A DNA stretch of 64,000 bases, from assembly GCA_041667115.1 (NCBI GenBank), contig JBAYFO010000008.1, positions 4,823 through 68,822 on the forward strand, given 5' to 3'. Position numbers and translations under genes: made by a program. Positions 48,163 to 60,684 of this stretch are shown here, one piece after another; the stretch's first letter is position 1; each line of letters starts with the position of its first letter. This stretch comes from Ignavibacteriaceae bacterium (GTDB lineage: Bacteria > Bacteroidota > Ignavibacteria > Ignavibacteriales > Ignavibacteriaceae). Under the pieces are notes generated by a model, which saw nothing but the letters and a program-made list of their open reading frames with translations, ran no database searches and was not told the DNA's origin.

Positions 48163-48246
48163 GAAGCATAAATTGCACCCAAGATTTGTCGTCTGTTTTA
48201 CTTACTTCCGACAACTTCCTCTTAGTAACCCACGACCGATCACAAA
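48163..48246. repeat. 84-bp direct repeat, copy 2 (right of the RhuM-Fic gene)
   Basis: Same sequence as 46905..46988; lies about 100 nt upstream of the 48347 gene. Confidence 0.9.
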
Positions 48247-48346
48247 AGCATGTAGTTATTTCTCGACCTTTACTTGCACACCCGTAAAAATTTTAGCAAG
48301 TATCAGTCATATGTAAAAATAATAAAACTATCATATGAGGTAGATC

Positions 48347-48961
48347 ATGAAACGCTTAGTTTTTCTTCTCTGTCTTGGATGTTTTATTGGCTGCTCCTCT
48401 ACACAACAGACAACCGATGATTCCCTTCCGCAATTGTTAAAGCGAACTCCACTCCCGCAAATTCCCGCGACGGTAACGCAGCCCTATTTTGAGCTTGATA
48501 TGGTTTTATATGTTCTTGAAAACGGATCGGTTAGTGATGTGCGGATGCTAAAAGGAAGTGGCGACAGCACATGGGATACGCTTGCCGTGGCTTCGATAAA
48601 AGGATGGCAATTTATTCCCGCCCATTTAAATGATCATCCGGTAAGTACGTGGCATCATATAAAGACCCAGGTACGCTATGCCAACCCGCAATATTGCTGC
48701 CTGGCGGAAATAGTATGCGCATCAAAGGAAGAAGCCGATTCGGTTTACAAAGCCTTAGAAGAAGGAAAGGATTTTGGAACTCTGGCGGCGCAATATTCAA
48801 CTGCTCCTTCCCGCGAAAAGAAGGGTGCGCTTGGAGAAGTTGATGTGAATCTCTATCCGGAAAATATTTGTCAGATCATTCAAAAGCTTAGCCGGGAAGA
48901 ATACTCAAAACCAATACAGTATGGCGAGCAGTTTGTTATCTTCAAAAGAATGAAGAAATAA
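48347..48961 (+). CDS. lipoprotein with a TonB C-terminal-like domain and a PpiC/parvulin-type PPIase domain
   Basis: Lipobox LGCFIGCSS; TonB_C-like VSDVRMLKGSGDSTWDTLAVASIKGWQFIPA; parvulin-like DFGTLAAQYSTAPSREKKGALGEV. Confidence 0.65.
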   Translation: MKRLVFLLCLGCFIGCSSTQQTTDDSLPQLLKRTPLPQIPATVTQPYFELDMVLYVLENGSVSDVRMLKGSGDSTWDTLAVASIKGWQFIPAHLNDHPVSTWHHIKTQVRYANPQYCCLAEIVCASKEEADSVYKALEEGKDFGTLAAQYSTAPSREKKGALGEVDVNLYPENICQIIQKLSREEYSKPIQYGEQFVIFKRMKK

Positions 48962-49240
48962 TGGAGGGCTGGAGATGGTTGATGGGAGATGAGAGATGGT
49001 TGAGGGGTGATGGATTACAAGATTGCAAGCTTAGAATTGATTTGTTTTATCTTCTGACTTCTGTATTCTGACTTCTGAATATAACCAACTTCAAGTTTTT
49101 TGGCTCTGGCTCTGCCAGGTTATGAGTTTCAATATATGATTTAGCTTACCCGAAGGTTAAAAATCTTCGTGAATACCCACCCGATTAACTTTTAACCTGG
49201 ATTTTTTTTATTTTAGAGGTAAGAATAAGAGAGATATGCA

Positions 49241-52619
<3,379 letters not shown>

Positions 52620-52621
52620 GC

Positions 52622-53617
52622 ATGCAGTATAGAAAACTCGGAAAAACAAATTTATTAGTATCTGAAATTGGTTTTGGTTCATGGGCGCTCGGGGGTCCGG
52701 TAATGGCGGGTGATGTTCCGATCGGATGGGGCAAAGTTGATGACGACATTTCCAAGAAGGCAATCTTAAAAGCGTCCGAACTCGGGGTGAATTTTTTTGA
52801 TACCGCCGATTTTTATGGGCTCGGTCATAGCGAAGAATTGTTCGGAAATGTTTTCGGCGGCAGGTGGAAAGACATTATGCTTGCTACTAAAGTCGGCAAC
52901 ACAATACTGGATGACGGTTCGGCAGGTTTAAATTATTCTAAACAATATATCCTGAAGGCATGCGAGCAAAGTTTAAAGAGGCTAAATAAAGAAGTTATCG
53001 ACGTCTACCAATTGCATAGCGCGCGCATTCAACATCTTGAACAAGGTGAATGTATTGAAGCTATGGAACAGCTGCAGGCGGAAGGGAAAATTCGTTATTG
53101 GGGAATTTCGCTCAATACGTTTGAACCGCAGCAGGAAGCGAAGTTTTTTATTGAACATAAAATCGGGCATACGTTTCAAATTGCTTTCAGCATTATTAAT
53201 CAAATTGCTTTGAAGGAAGTTTTTCCCCTGGCAGTTGAACATAATTATGGAATTATTGCCCGCGTTCCGCTCCATTTTGGGTTATTGACCGGGAAATTTT
53301 CAAAAGAAAAAGTCTTCCCGAAAAATGATCACCGGAGCAATAGATTAAATCCGGAATTGTTAAATCTTTCACTTGTTAAACTTAAAAAAGTTTTTGAATT
53401 AGCCGCAGCAAGAGGAATAGAACCGGTTGATTTTGCGATGCGGTTTATTTTAAGCCATGCAGGAGTTTCCACCATAATTCCCGGTATTAGAAATGAAGGG
53501 CAGGCACTTGCAAACGTAAAGGAATTTGCTTCGCTTACAAGCGAAGACGTTGATTTTCTGCATTCCTATTACTCAAGCGATTTAGAACTCTTGATGGAAG
53601 CTTACAAAAAAGGATAA
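52622..53617 (+). CDS. aldo/keto reductase
   Basis: GFGSWALGG, FFDTADFYG, ATKVG, YQLH motifs. Confidence 0.85.
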   Translation: MQYRKLGKTNLLVSEIGFGSWALGGPVMAGDVPIGWGKVDDDISKKAILKASELGVNFFDTADFYGLGHSEELFGNVFGGRWKDIMLATKVGNTILDDGSAGLNYSKQYILKACEQSLKRLNKEVIDVYQLHSARIQHLEQGECIEAMEQLQAEGKIRYWGISLNTFEPQQEAKFFIEHKIGHTFQIAFSIINQIALKEVFPLAVEHNYGIIARVPLHFGLLTGKFSKEKVFPKNDHRSNRLNPELLNLSLVKLKKVFELAAARGIEPVDFAMRFILSHAGVSTIIPGIRNEGQALANVKEFASLTSEDVDFLHSYYSSDLELLMEAYKKG

Positions 53618-53624
53618 AAAAAAA

Positions 53625-53651
53625 GTACCACAGTTTATTAATCTGTGGTAC
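53625..53651. terminator. bidirectional terminator hairpin
   Basis: GTACCACAG-TTTATTAAT-CTGTGGTAC preceded by an A-run, between convergent genes. Confidence 0.65.
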
Positions 53652-53671
53652 AAAGATAAAAGTCAAGGACA

Positions 53672-54421
53672 CTACTTATCAGCCAGTGGATTGCGAAGTT
53701 TAACCGGGACTACTTTTTTCCCTTTCGCTTTTAGATTTAGCATTTCAACAAGTAAAGAAAACGCCATCGAAAAATAGATATATCCTTTCGGGATGTGCTG
53801 ATCGAAACCTTCTGCAATTAAGGTTATTCCAATCAAGAGTAAAAAACTTAACGCAAGCATTTTTACCGTTGGATGGTCATTGACAAAAGCGCTGATCTTT
53901 CCAGAGAGAAAAAGCATAAAAATTACGGCAACAATAACAGCTGTAACCATCACCCAGATTTGATTAGCCATTCCGATTGCGGTAATTACGGAGTCAAGCG
54001 AAAAAACGATATCAAGTAAAAGAATTTGCACGATTACTGCGGCAAAAGATGACTTTATCCTAAAATTTTCTTCTCCTTCCTCTCCTTCAAGTTTCTCATG
54101 GATTTCCCGGGTACTTTTTATTAGGAGAAAAATTCCTCCTGAAATAACAATAACGTCTTTCCCTGAAATTTCATTTCCCCAAAGAGTGAATAAGGGAAAG
54201 GTTAGTTTCATCAACAGAGTAAGCGATAGCAGGAGCAGTATTCTCGTGATCATAGCAAGCGAAAGCCCGGTAATTCTCGCTTTTTCCTGCATCGAAGCAG
54301 GTAGTTTCCCTGTCAGGATAGAAATAAAAACAATGTTGTCAATACCAAGTACAATTTCCAATAAAACCAATGTGAGTAGCGAAATAATGATTTGAAGGTC
54401 AAATCCCATAGATAATACCAT
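53672..54421 (-). CDS. TerC-family integral membrane protein
   Basis: LLEIVLGIDNIVFI and LLLDIVFSLDSVITAIG duplicated TerC motifs. Confidence 0.85.
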   Translation of the reverse strand: MVLSMGFDLQIIISLLTLVLLEIVLGIDNIVFISILTGKLPASMQEKARITGLSLAMITRILLLLSLTLLMKLTFPLFTLWGNEISGKDVIVISGGIFLLIKSTREIHEKLEGEEGEENFRIKSSFAAVIVQILLLDIVFSLDSVITAIGMANQIWVMVTAVIVAVIFMLFLSGKISAFVNDHPTVKMLALSFLLLIGITLIAEGFDQHIPKGYIYFSMAFSLLVEMLNLKAKGKKVVPVKLRNPLADK

Positions 54422-54515
54422 TCTAAAAATGATTTAAAGATTTTAAGAATTATACGATAATTTTTGCTAAAATTGTAATGTTTAGTATATTTGGAAGCCA
54501 TTTTTTGACAACGAT

Positions 54516-54592
54516 GGCGGGGTAGCTCAGTAGGTTAGAGCAATGGAATCATAATCCATGTGTCGGGGGTTCGAATCCCTCCCCCGCTACCA
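54516..54592 (+). tRNA. tRNA-Met (anticodon CAT; an Ile-lysidine identity cannot be excluded)
   Basis: GGCGGGG acceptor, GCTCAGTAGGTTAGAGC D-arm, ATGGA-ATCATAA-TCCAT anticodon arm, GGGGG-TTCGAAT-CCCTC T-arm, encoded ACCA. Confidence 0.9.
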
Positions 54593-54615
54593 TTTTATAC
54601 AGAAGAAAGGTGTTT

Positions 54616-54927
54616 ATGTATAGCGTTTTAATAGGAATCTCGGTTATCATATCAATTTTATTGATAGTTATTATTCTCATGCAGGCTAGTAAAGGTTCAG
54701 GTTTAGCCGGAACCTTTGGCGGATCAAATGTTGGTTCTGTTTTTGGAACAAGAAGAACGGCTGACTTTTTAAGCCAATCAACATGGTGGCTTGCAGGCGT
54801 GCTTGTGGTATTAGCAATAGTTGTAAATCTTTTTTTTCTTCCGACAGCAAAGAATGACACTACGAATAGTATCATTCAACAGGGCGGAAGACAAAGTGTT
54901 CCCACTAATCCGGCTTTACCGCGATAA
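54616..54927 (+). CDS. secG: preprotein translocase subunit SecG
   Basis: MYSVLIGISVIISILLIVIILMQASKGSGLAGTFGGS is a typical SecG N-terminus. ATG at 54616 is preferred over the listed GTG at 54610. Confidence 0.85.
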   Translation: MYSVLIGISVIISILLIVIILMQASKGSGLAGTFGGSNVGSVFGTRRTADFLSQSTWWLAGVLVVLAIVVNLFFLPTAKNDTTNSIIQQGGRQSVPTNPALPR

Positions 54928-54929
54928 TA

Positions 54930-56189
54930 TTAATTGCCGGATTTATATTTGAATCCGGCTAATTTTTCAATTATTTCGTCCTCAACTTCTCTATAATAGT
55001 TGCTACTCTTTTTTGAGAACTCAAAAATCATACTGATGATGAGATCATCTCCGTTATCTAACTTTAAATAACCGGATACGGAAGAAGCGCCGTTAAGCGT
55101 TCCTGTTTTTCCTCTAAAATTAACTTCAGCATTTGGTGTTTTCATCCGGTTTCTAAGCGTTCCGTCTGTACCGGCAGTGCTAAGCGAATTGTAAAAAGTA
55201 TCGAAATACCTGATATCGAAATAGATTTTTTCCAACAACCCCGCAATAGCTCCAACAGAGACTTGATTGTTTCTGGAAAGCCCTGAACCGTCAACCACCT
55301 TAGTTCCCACTGAAGGAATGTCATTGTCGTACAGAAATTTATTGATTGTTTGCGCGGCGTAAAATGCCGAGCCTTCTTTCCCGGAAGAAACTGCGCCGAC
55401 TATTTTAAAGAGGCATTCGGCTAAAAAGTTATCACTTCTTTTATTCACAACGCTTAGATAATCTTTTAATTTAATTGAATGAACGGCAAGTTCCTTTGCC
55501 GATTTTGGAGTTGCTCCTTTTTTATAAACGCCATCAACAGTTATCGAAGCCTCTTTCAATTTGTTCAAAACAATTTCTGCAATCTTAAGTGGAGGATTGG
55601 AAAAGAATTCTGTTACCATCCTGTACTTTTTTCTACGGATCTTTTTTCTTACTTCATATTTGTTCCTGTCCAGCACCAGAGCGCTTACCGGCGGCAGAGA
55701 AACGGTCTTTGTCTCGTCTTCAATCCAATCTTGTCTTGAATAAACATCATCAAAAAAAGTATCGTCTCCAATTATATCGCCGGTTATTTCCGTAACACCT
55801 TTACGTTTTAGATCGGCGATCATTTTATCAAGATCGCTGCTGCTGAATAATCCGTTTCCGTACCCTTTTAAGTAAAGGTTTCCATCCAATCTTCTTTGAT
55901 CATCATTCTTGGCATCGGTGAAAAATTTAGTTGAAAGTGAATAGCCGGGTCCTAAAAAATAAACCGCAACTACCGTGGTAAAGAGTTTTGTGTTTGAAGC
56001 CGGGATGAGAGGAACATTAGCATTGACTGCAAAGATCGTATCCTCTTTCATCGGGTTTAAGATGACAATTCCATAACGGGATTGAGGAGGAACTTTTTTA
56101 AGAATATTTTCAATATCCTTTTTAATTGATTGTGCAGAAGCGGAAAGGATGTTTCCGAGTAGTAGTATAGCTAAAATAAGTTTTTTCAT
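54930..56189 (-). CDS. dacB: D-alanyl-D-alanine carboxypeptidase/endopeptidase (PBP4, peptidase S13)
   Basis: Signal peptide, SxxK motif PASNTKL, DGSGLSRNN, KTGTL. Confidence 0.85.
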   Translation of the reverse strand: MKKLILAILLLGNILSASAQSIKKDIENILKKVPPQSRYGIVILNPMKEDTIFAVNANVPLIPASNTKLFTTVVAVYFLGPGYSLSTKFFTDAKNDDQRRLDGNLYLKGYGNGLFSSSDLDKMIADLKRKGVTEITGDIIGDDTFFDDVYSRQDWIEDETKTVSLPPVSALVLDRNKYEVRKKIRRKKYRMVTEFFSNPPLKIAEIVLNKLKEASITVDGVYKKGATPKSAKELAVHSIKLKDYLSVVNKRSDNFLAECLFKIVGAVSSGKEGSAFYAAQTINKFLYDNDIPSVGTKVVDGSGLSRNNQVSVGAIAGLLEKIYFDIRYFDTFYNSLSTAGTDGTLRNRMKTPNAEVNFRGKTGTLNGASSVSGYLKLDNGDDLIISMIFEFSKKSSNYYREVEDEIIEKLAGFKYKSGN

Positions 56190-56274
56190 AATTCAATGGT
56201 TAAAATAACAGAAAATAGATTATATTAAGACCCCAATTAATAAACAGAATTTTATTCACTAATCAAAATGTTTT

Positions 56275-57090
56275 ATGGAAAAATTTAAAGCCTACGAAAA
56301 ATTAGAATTTCTTCACTCAGCAGACGCAAGGGTTGTAAGAATACTCTCCGAATATCTGGAACCGGCAGCCCGCTTCAAAAAATTTAATATTCTTGATACC
56401 ATCGTTTTTTTTGGTTCTGCGCGGCTTCGGTCAAAAAAGGAAGCGTCAAAAGAATACAGCAAAATTAAAGCTTCTGATCCCAAAACCACCCCTAATTTTG
56501 TTCAAAAATTGCGCGCAGCTCAACAGCATGTTGAAATGTCTAAATATTATGAAGATGCTGTGAATCTCTCTAAAAAAATTACAACATGGTCTATGGACTT
56601 AGGGCTAGACAGTAACCGGTTCATTATCAGTACCGGTGGCGGTCCAGGAATTATGGAAGCTGCAAATAAAGGGGCAAAACAAGCAGGCGGCTATTCAGTC
56701 GGTTTGAATATTTCCATTCCATTTGAACAATTTGTAAATAAGTACGTCACTCCGCAATTAAGTTTTGAATTTCACTATTTCTTTATGCGGAAATTCTGGT
56801 TTGCTTATCTTGCGAAAGCACTTATAGTTTTTCCTGGTGGGTTCGGAACAATGGATGAATTTTTTGAGATGGTTACCCTTGTGCAAACAGGGAAAATTAA
56901 AAAGAATTTACTCATCATCGTTTATGACGAAAAATATTGGAAGAATCTCATCAATTTTGATGCACTGGTAGAAACAGGAATGATAAGTAAAGAGGATCTA
57001 AATTTATTTTCTTTTTGCAACACACCGGAAGAAGCCATGAGTTGTGTGGCTAAGCATTTTGAGAAATATTATTTAAAGAAGAAGAGTTAA
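56275..57090 (+). CDS. LOG-family (TIGR00730) nucleotide-binding protein
   Basis: GGGPGIMEAANKGA and PGGFGTMDEFFE motifs. Confidence 0.85.
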   Translation: MEKFKAYEKLEFLHSADARVVRILSEYLEPAARFKKFNILDTIVFFGSARLRSKKEASKEYSKIKASDPKTTPNFVQKLRAAQQHVEMSKYYEDAVNLSKKITTWSMDLGLDSNRFIISTGGGPGIMEAANKGAKQAGGYSVGLNISIPFEQFVNKYVTPQLSFEFHYFFMRKFWFAYLAKALIVFPGGFGTMDEFFEMVTLVQTGKIKKNLLIIVYDEKYWKNLINFDALVETGMISKEDLNLFSFCNTPEEAMSCVAKHFEKYYLKKKS

Positions 57091-57103
57091 AAGTAAGGGT
57101 ATA

Positions 57104-57139
57104 AAAAAAGCCATCTCGATTGTCGGGATGGCTTTTTTA
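57104..57139. terminator. bidirectional terminator hairpin
   Basis: AAAAAAGCCATC...GATGGCTTTTTT between convergent LOG and rpsU. Confidence 0.7.
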
Positions 57140-57331
57140 TTAATCCATATCATCATTTCGTTGAGCTCTGCGAGTAGCTTTAATTCTTTCCAATCGTTTT
57201 TTTACCGAAGGTTTAACAAAAAAAGTTCGCTTTTTAAATTCTTTCAGAATGCCTGAGCGTTCATATTTCTTTTTGAATCTTTTAAGAGCTTTATCTATTG
57301 ATTCGTTTTCCGAAATAGTAATTCCTACCAA
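57140..57331 (-). CDS. rpsU: 30S ribosomal protein S21
   Basis: [37 protein letters not shown] is a typical S21 sequence. Confidence 0.95.
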   Translation of the reverse strand: MVGITISENESIDKALKRFKKKYERSGILKEFKKRTFFVKPSVKKRLERIKATRRAQRNDDMD

Positions 57332-57358
57332 TTAATTCACCTCAATTCCCGGGTAGCT

Positions 57359-57736
57359 TTAATGAGTTTCAAGTAATTTTTTTAATCCTAATTTTTGAAA
57401 TTCAACCGTAATTGAGCCTTTTCCATTAGAAAGCGAGGTCTTGGAAGTAACAATTCCGAAGTCATCCCAGGTTTTATGGTAAATAGTTTCTCCAACGTTA
57501 AACGTTTTATCGGGAGAATAGTCGATTGAATTTTCTAGTACAATTAAATCGATTTTATGTTTAGAATCTCTCACAATAGAAACGGTTTCGATCAGGAGAA
57601 TTTGCTTGCACTTTTTGCACTTTGCCCATTCTTTACCTTCGTGTTCTACGGATGAAAAGACTTCGCCCGTAAGTTCCATTTTTGTAATTGCATTGCAGAA
57701 TTTGCAAAATGCTTCGATGTTTTTAACTTTTGCCAT
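57359..57736 (-). CDS. hypothetical zinc-ribbon protein
   Basis: CKFCN...CKKCK pairs; sits upstream of rpsU in the same orientation. Confidence 0.5.
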   Translation of the reverse strand: MAKVKNIEAFCKFCNAITKMELTGEVFSSVEHEGKEWAKCKKCKQILLIETVSIVRDSKHKIDLIVLENSIDYSPDKTFNVGETIYHKTWDDFGIVTSKTSLSNGKGSITVEFQKLGLKKLLETH

Positions 57737-57964
57737 AAAATCTTATTTATTAAGTGTCTAAATATATTGATTTATCGAAGGATTTGCAAAAATATTATTC
57801 TCTTAAATCAACAACCGGCTATTTTACTATGAAATAGGCGAAAATTAACCGGTTTTTTTGTCTTCCGCCCGGAATTATGCATTATTCAGTCCGATGAAAA
57901 CTTGCCTTTCCCCTTGAATAAAGAAAGAGCCTCCATTAAATGAAGCTACTTTTCTCTTAAAAAC

Positions 57965-58531
57965 TTATTCTTTATCAATATATCCTTTATTATCTGCGTA
58001 GTTATACAATTTTGAATAAAGCATTTTTCGTGCCCTGTGTAAACGGGAACGAACGGTTCCTACCGGGCAATCGATGAAATCCGCAATTTCGTCATACGTG
58101 AATCCTTCAATATCGGAAAGGATAACCACAGTTCTGAAATCCTCCGGCAGCGTTTGGATAGCTTCGGAAACTTCATCATCCAAAAGATTATCAAAAATTT
58201 CTTTTTCAAGGTGAGAATCATCTGTGTTTGAGGGTTTCGCCGATTCGTAAAAATTCTCAACATCCTCATAATCAACTTTGTTGGGTTCTTTTTTCTGTTT
58301 CCGGTAAGCGTTGATGAAGGTATTTTTTAAGATCCTGAAAAGCCATGCTTTGCAATTAGTCCCTCTTTCAAATTTATCGAAAAAACGAAAAGCTCTAAGG
58401 TAAGTTTCCTGCACCAGGTCGTTGGCATCATCCTCGTTCCCGGTCATCCGTATGGCAAAATTTAACAAAGCATCCATATGCGGGATGGCTTCTTTATTAA
58501 ACTCTTCGTAAAACTCGGAGGATTTATTCAT
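57965..58531 (-). CDS. RNA polymerase sigma-70 factor, ECF subfamily
   Basis: Region 2 (DLVQETYLRAFRFFDKF) and region 4 (SDIEGFTYDEIADFIDCPVGTVRSRLHRARK). Confidence 0.9.
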   Translation of the reverse strand: MNKSSEFYEEFNKEAIPHMDALLNFAIRMTGNEDDANDLVQETYLRAFRFFDKFERGTNCKAWLFRILKNTFINAYRKQKKEPNKVDYEDVENFYESAKPSNTDDSHLEKEIFDNLLDDEVSEAIQTLPEDFRTVVILSDIEGFTYDEIADFIDCPVGTVRSRLHRARKMLYSKLYNYADNKGYIDKE

Positions 58532-58643
58532 TCTATAATCGGTACAATTCTTGGTTTATTAATTTAATCTTAACATCAAAATAAATGAAAATAAGTTTGT
58601 ATTGCAAAATTCCGGATAGTTTTTTACTGGTTAAAATCTGCCG

Positions 58644-60083
58644 CTACTTTTTTAAATGAATTACCGAACCGTTTAGCACCACATATTTGGGGATATCATT
58701 TTTAAGAAGATAAAACGCAGGGTGCTCTCCAATCTTTAATTGAAATTGAAAGCCGGTTGCTTCAACAAAACGAAGAGGATACCGCTCTTGGGCAGAAGAC
58801 CGGCGATAACTGCTGAGTAAGTCTTTTTCAACAGGTAAAAATAAAACCCCTTCATCGATAAGTTTTTGAAAATCTAATGAAGCTAATTCTGCTTTTGTTG
58901 TTATCATTTTTGGATAAACTTTCCCATCTTTAAAAGTTAAGCCGGTACAATCCATTTCTTCAATTCCATGAAAACCCGAAAGATCTCCGAGGTCTTCAAT
59001 AGCGCCGGAGATTGTAAACTTTTGTTCCGAATCAACTTTCTGCTCGGCAGTGTTTATTGCTATATCGAGCGGGAAACTTAATCCGTACTTCTCAACCGTG
59101 ATGTTCGTTAAAAGCAGATTAAAAAGATGATTATCGTTCATCGGGATTGCGTTATACGTATCCGTCGGAACTTCGGTATACGTTTCATTCGAGATTGAGA
59201 GAAATGCGGATAGCATGGCAATGAAGTTTAATTTTCTGATAAACTGTTTTTCAATATCATCTTTCCAGCCACCCGATTCTATTAAAATTGTGCTTGTTCC
59301 TTTTTTCTGAAACATATCTCCGAAAGCGCGTGGTTCATAATCATCCGAATACTTTGCTATATGCCCCGGAACGAATTGCTGCAACACTTGATTCATCATG
59401 CCGATAAGTTTTAGCGCTCGTTCCCGTTTCTCGTTAAGGTCTTTCTTCTCATTAAATGCCGGAGCCAGAAAGGAAAGAGTGGCTTGCTTATAATCTTTGC
59501 CTACCGAATAGGTCGTCTTCTGGTCGTGAAGATTAAATCCAAAATCAGCATTAAGACTATCGAACGTGTTCATTAAAATAACGGCTTCAGGAGAGACTAA
59601 ACGGCTCGCGTCTCGATTGAGATCAATTTCTAAAATGTTTCTTCGTTGGAAAGCTTCTGCTCCATCGGGATTGACCATCGGAAGAACATAGATTGTGGTT
59701 TCACGGAGTATTTTTTCTCTCGTCTCATTTAAATAATCATTAGCCGAAAAAAAGTTGAAGATATCAAACAGCGCCATGGTTGCGGTTGATTCATCTCCGT
59801 GCATCTGAGACCAGAGAAAAATTTTTGTTTTCCCCGTTCCGATTTTTATTAAAAATAATTCCCTTTTTTCTACAGATTCTCCTAATTTATGCACTACAAA
59901 TTTTGAGTTGTGATGCAATTTTTCGATGAGCGGCAGAATATTCTTGTGCGTTATCCTGCGGGAGTTCAACGACGGTTCGCGGTAACTTTCGTATGTATTG
60001 TAAAGGTTTTGCGCAAAAGAGATTTCTTGACTCATGCCAATCACCGGGAATAAGGTTATTAATAAAAAATAGAAAAACTTCAT
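58644..60083 (-). CDS. M14-family zinc carboxypeptidase
   Basis: Signal peptide; QMHGDEST zinc-binding motif, NPDG, and the downstream His/Glu region. Confidence 0.75.
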   Translation of the reverse strand: MKFFYFLLITLFPVIGMSQEISFAQNLYNTYESYREPSLNSRRITHKNILPLIEKLHHNSKFVVHKLGESVEKRELFLIKIGTGKTKIFLWSQMHGDESTATMALFDIFNFFSANDYLNETREKILRETTIYVLPMVNPDGAEAFQRRNILEIDLNRDASRLVSPEAVILMNTFDSLNADFGFNLHDQKTTYSVGKDYKQATLSFLAPAFNEKKDLNEKRERALKLIGMMNQVLQQFVPGHIAKYSDDYEPRAFGDMFQKKGTSTILIESGGWKDDIEKQFIRKLNFIAMLSAFLSISNETYTEVPTDTYNAIPMNDNHLFNLLLTNITVEKYGLSFPLDIAINTAEQKVDSEQKFTISGAIEDLGDLSGFHGIEEMDCTGLTFKDGKVYPKMITTKAELASLDFQKLIDEGVLFLPVEKDLLSSYRRSSAQERYPLRFVEATGFQFQLKIGEHPAFYLLKNDIPKYVVLNGSVIHLKK

Positions 60084-60141
60084 TTCAAAATTAGCGATTA
60101 TTGTATATGGAAATTAAGAAAAAATCGGAAGGAATAAGAAA

Positions 60142-60684
60142 ATGAATAAAAGAATTGATCTTGGACACGACGCGCCGGATTTCAGTCTCCCGGATGTAAG
60201 CGGAAAAAATTACAGCATTTCTGATTTTGCCGCCAGTCCTTTGCTGCTCATTATTTTTTCGTGCAACCATTGTCCTTACGTTCAAGCGTATGAAGAAAGG
60301 ATAAAAAAACTTCAAAATGATTTTCGCGGAAAAGGACTTCAGATCGTAGCGATCAACGCAAATGATGCTGATTTATACGAGGAAGATTCTTTTGATGAAA
60401 TGAAAAAGAGGGCAGTAGAGAAACAATTTAATTTTCTTTATTTAAGAGATGAATCGCAGGAAACCGCTAAAGTATTTGGCGCAGCGTTTACGCCAGAACT
60501 ATTCCTTTTCAACGCCGAACGAAAATTAATTTATACCGGGAAGATTGACGATAACTGGCGCGAACCGGAAAAAGTGCAGACGAAATATTTACAAAACGCA
60601 ATCGAAGAATATTTACGAGGCGAAGAAATTTCTGTTCCCGAAACCTACGCGATAGGCTGCACTATCAAATGGAAGCCGGGTTAA
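60142..60684 (+). CDS. thioredoxin-fold protein (AhpC/TSA-like redoxin)
   Basis: APDFSLPD..GK...SDF, CNHCPY active-site region, DDNWREP. Confidence 0.75.
   Translation: MNKRIDLGHDAPDFSLPDVSGKNYSISDFAASPLLLIIFSCNHCPYVQAYEERIKKLQNDFRGKGLQIVAINANDADLYEEDSFDEMKKRAVEKQFNFLYLRDESQETAKVFGAAFTPELFLFNAERKLIYTGKIDDNWREPEKVQTKYLQNAIEEYLRGEEISVPETYAIGCTIKWKPG

Noticed and set aside
46783-48214. Antisense ORFs 46783..47073 and 47960..48214, which share the SKT..KSWVQFML peptide.
   Set aside because: The shared peptide is just the translation of the 84-bp direct repeat. They overlap the better-supported plus-strand RhuM/Fic gene.
31805-48346. Integrase, transposase, reverse transcriptase or cas genes that would explain the island or the repeats (retron, DGR, IS or prophage hypotheses).
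   Set aside because: None of the translated ORFs shows tyrosine/serine recombinase, DDE, RT (YxDD) or Cas motifs. The mobilising enzyme, if any, must lie outside the window.
54422-54515. yybP-ykoY (Mn) riboswitch upstream of the TerC-family gene.
   Set aside because: The 94-nt leader is AT-rich and has none of the conserved GC-rich four-way-junction sequence.
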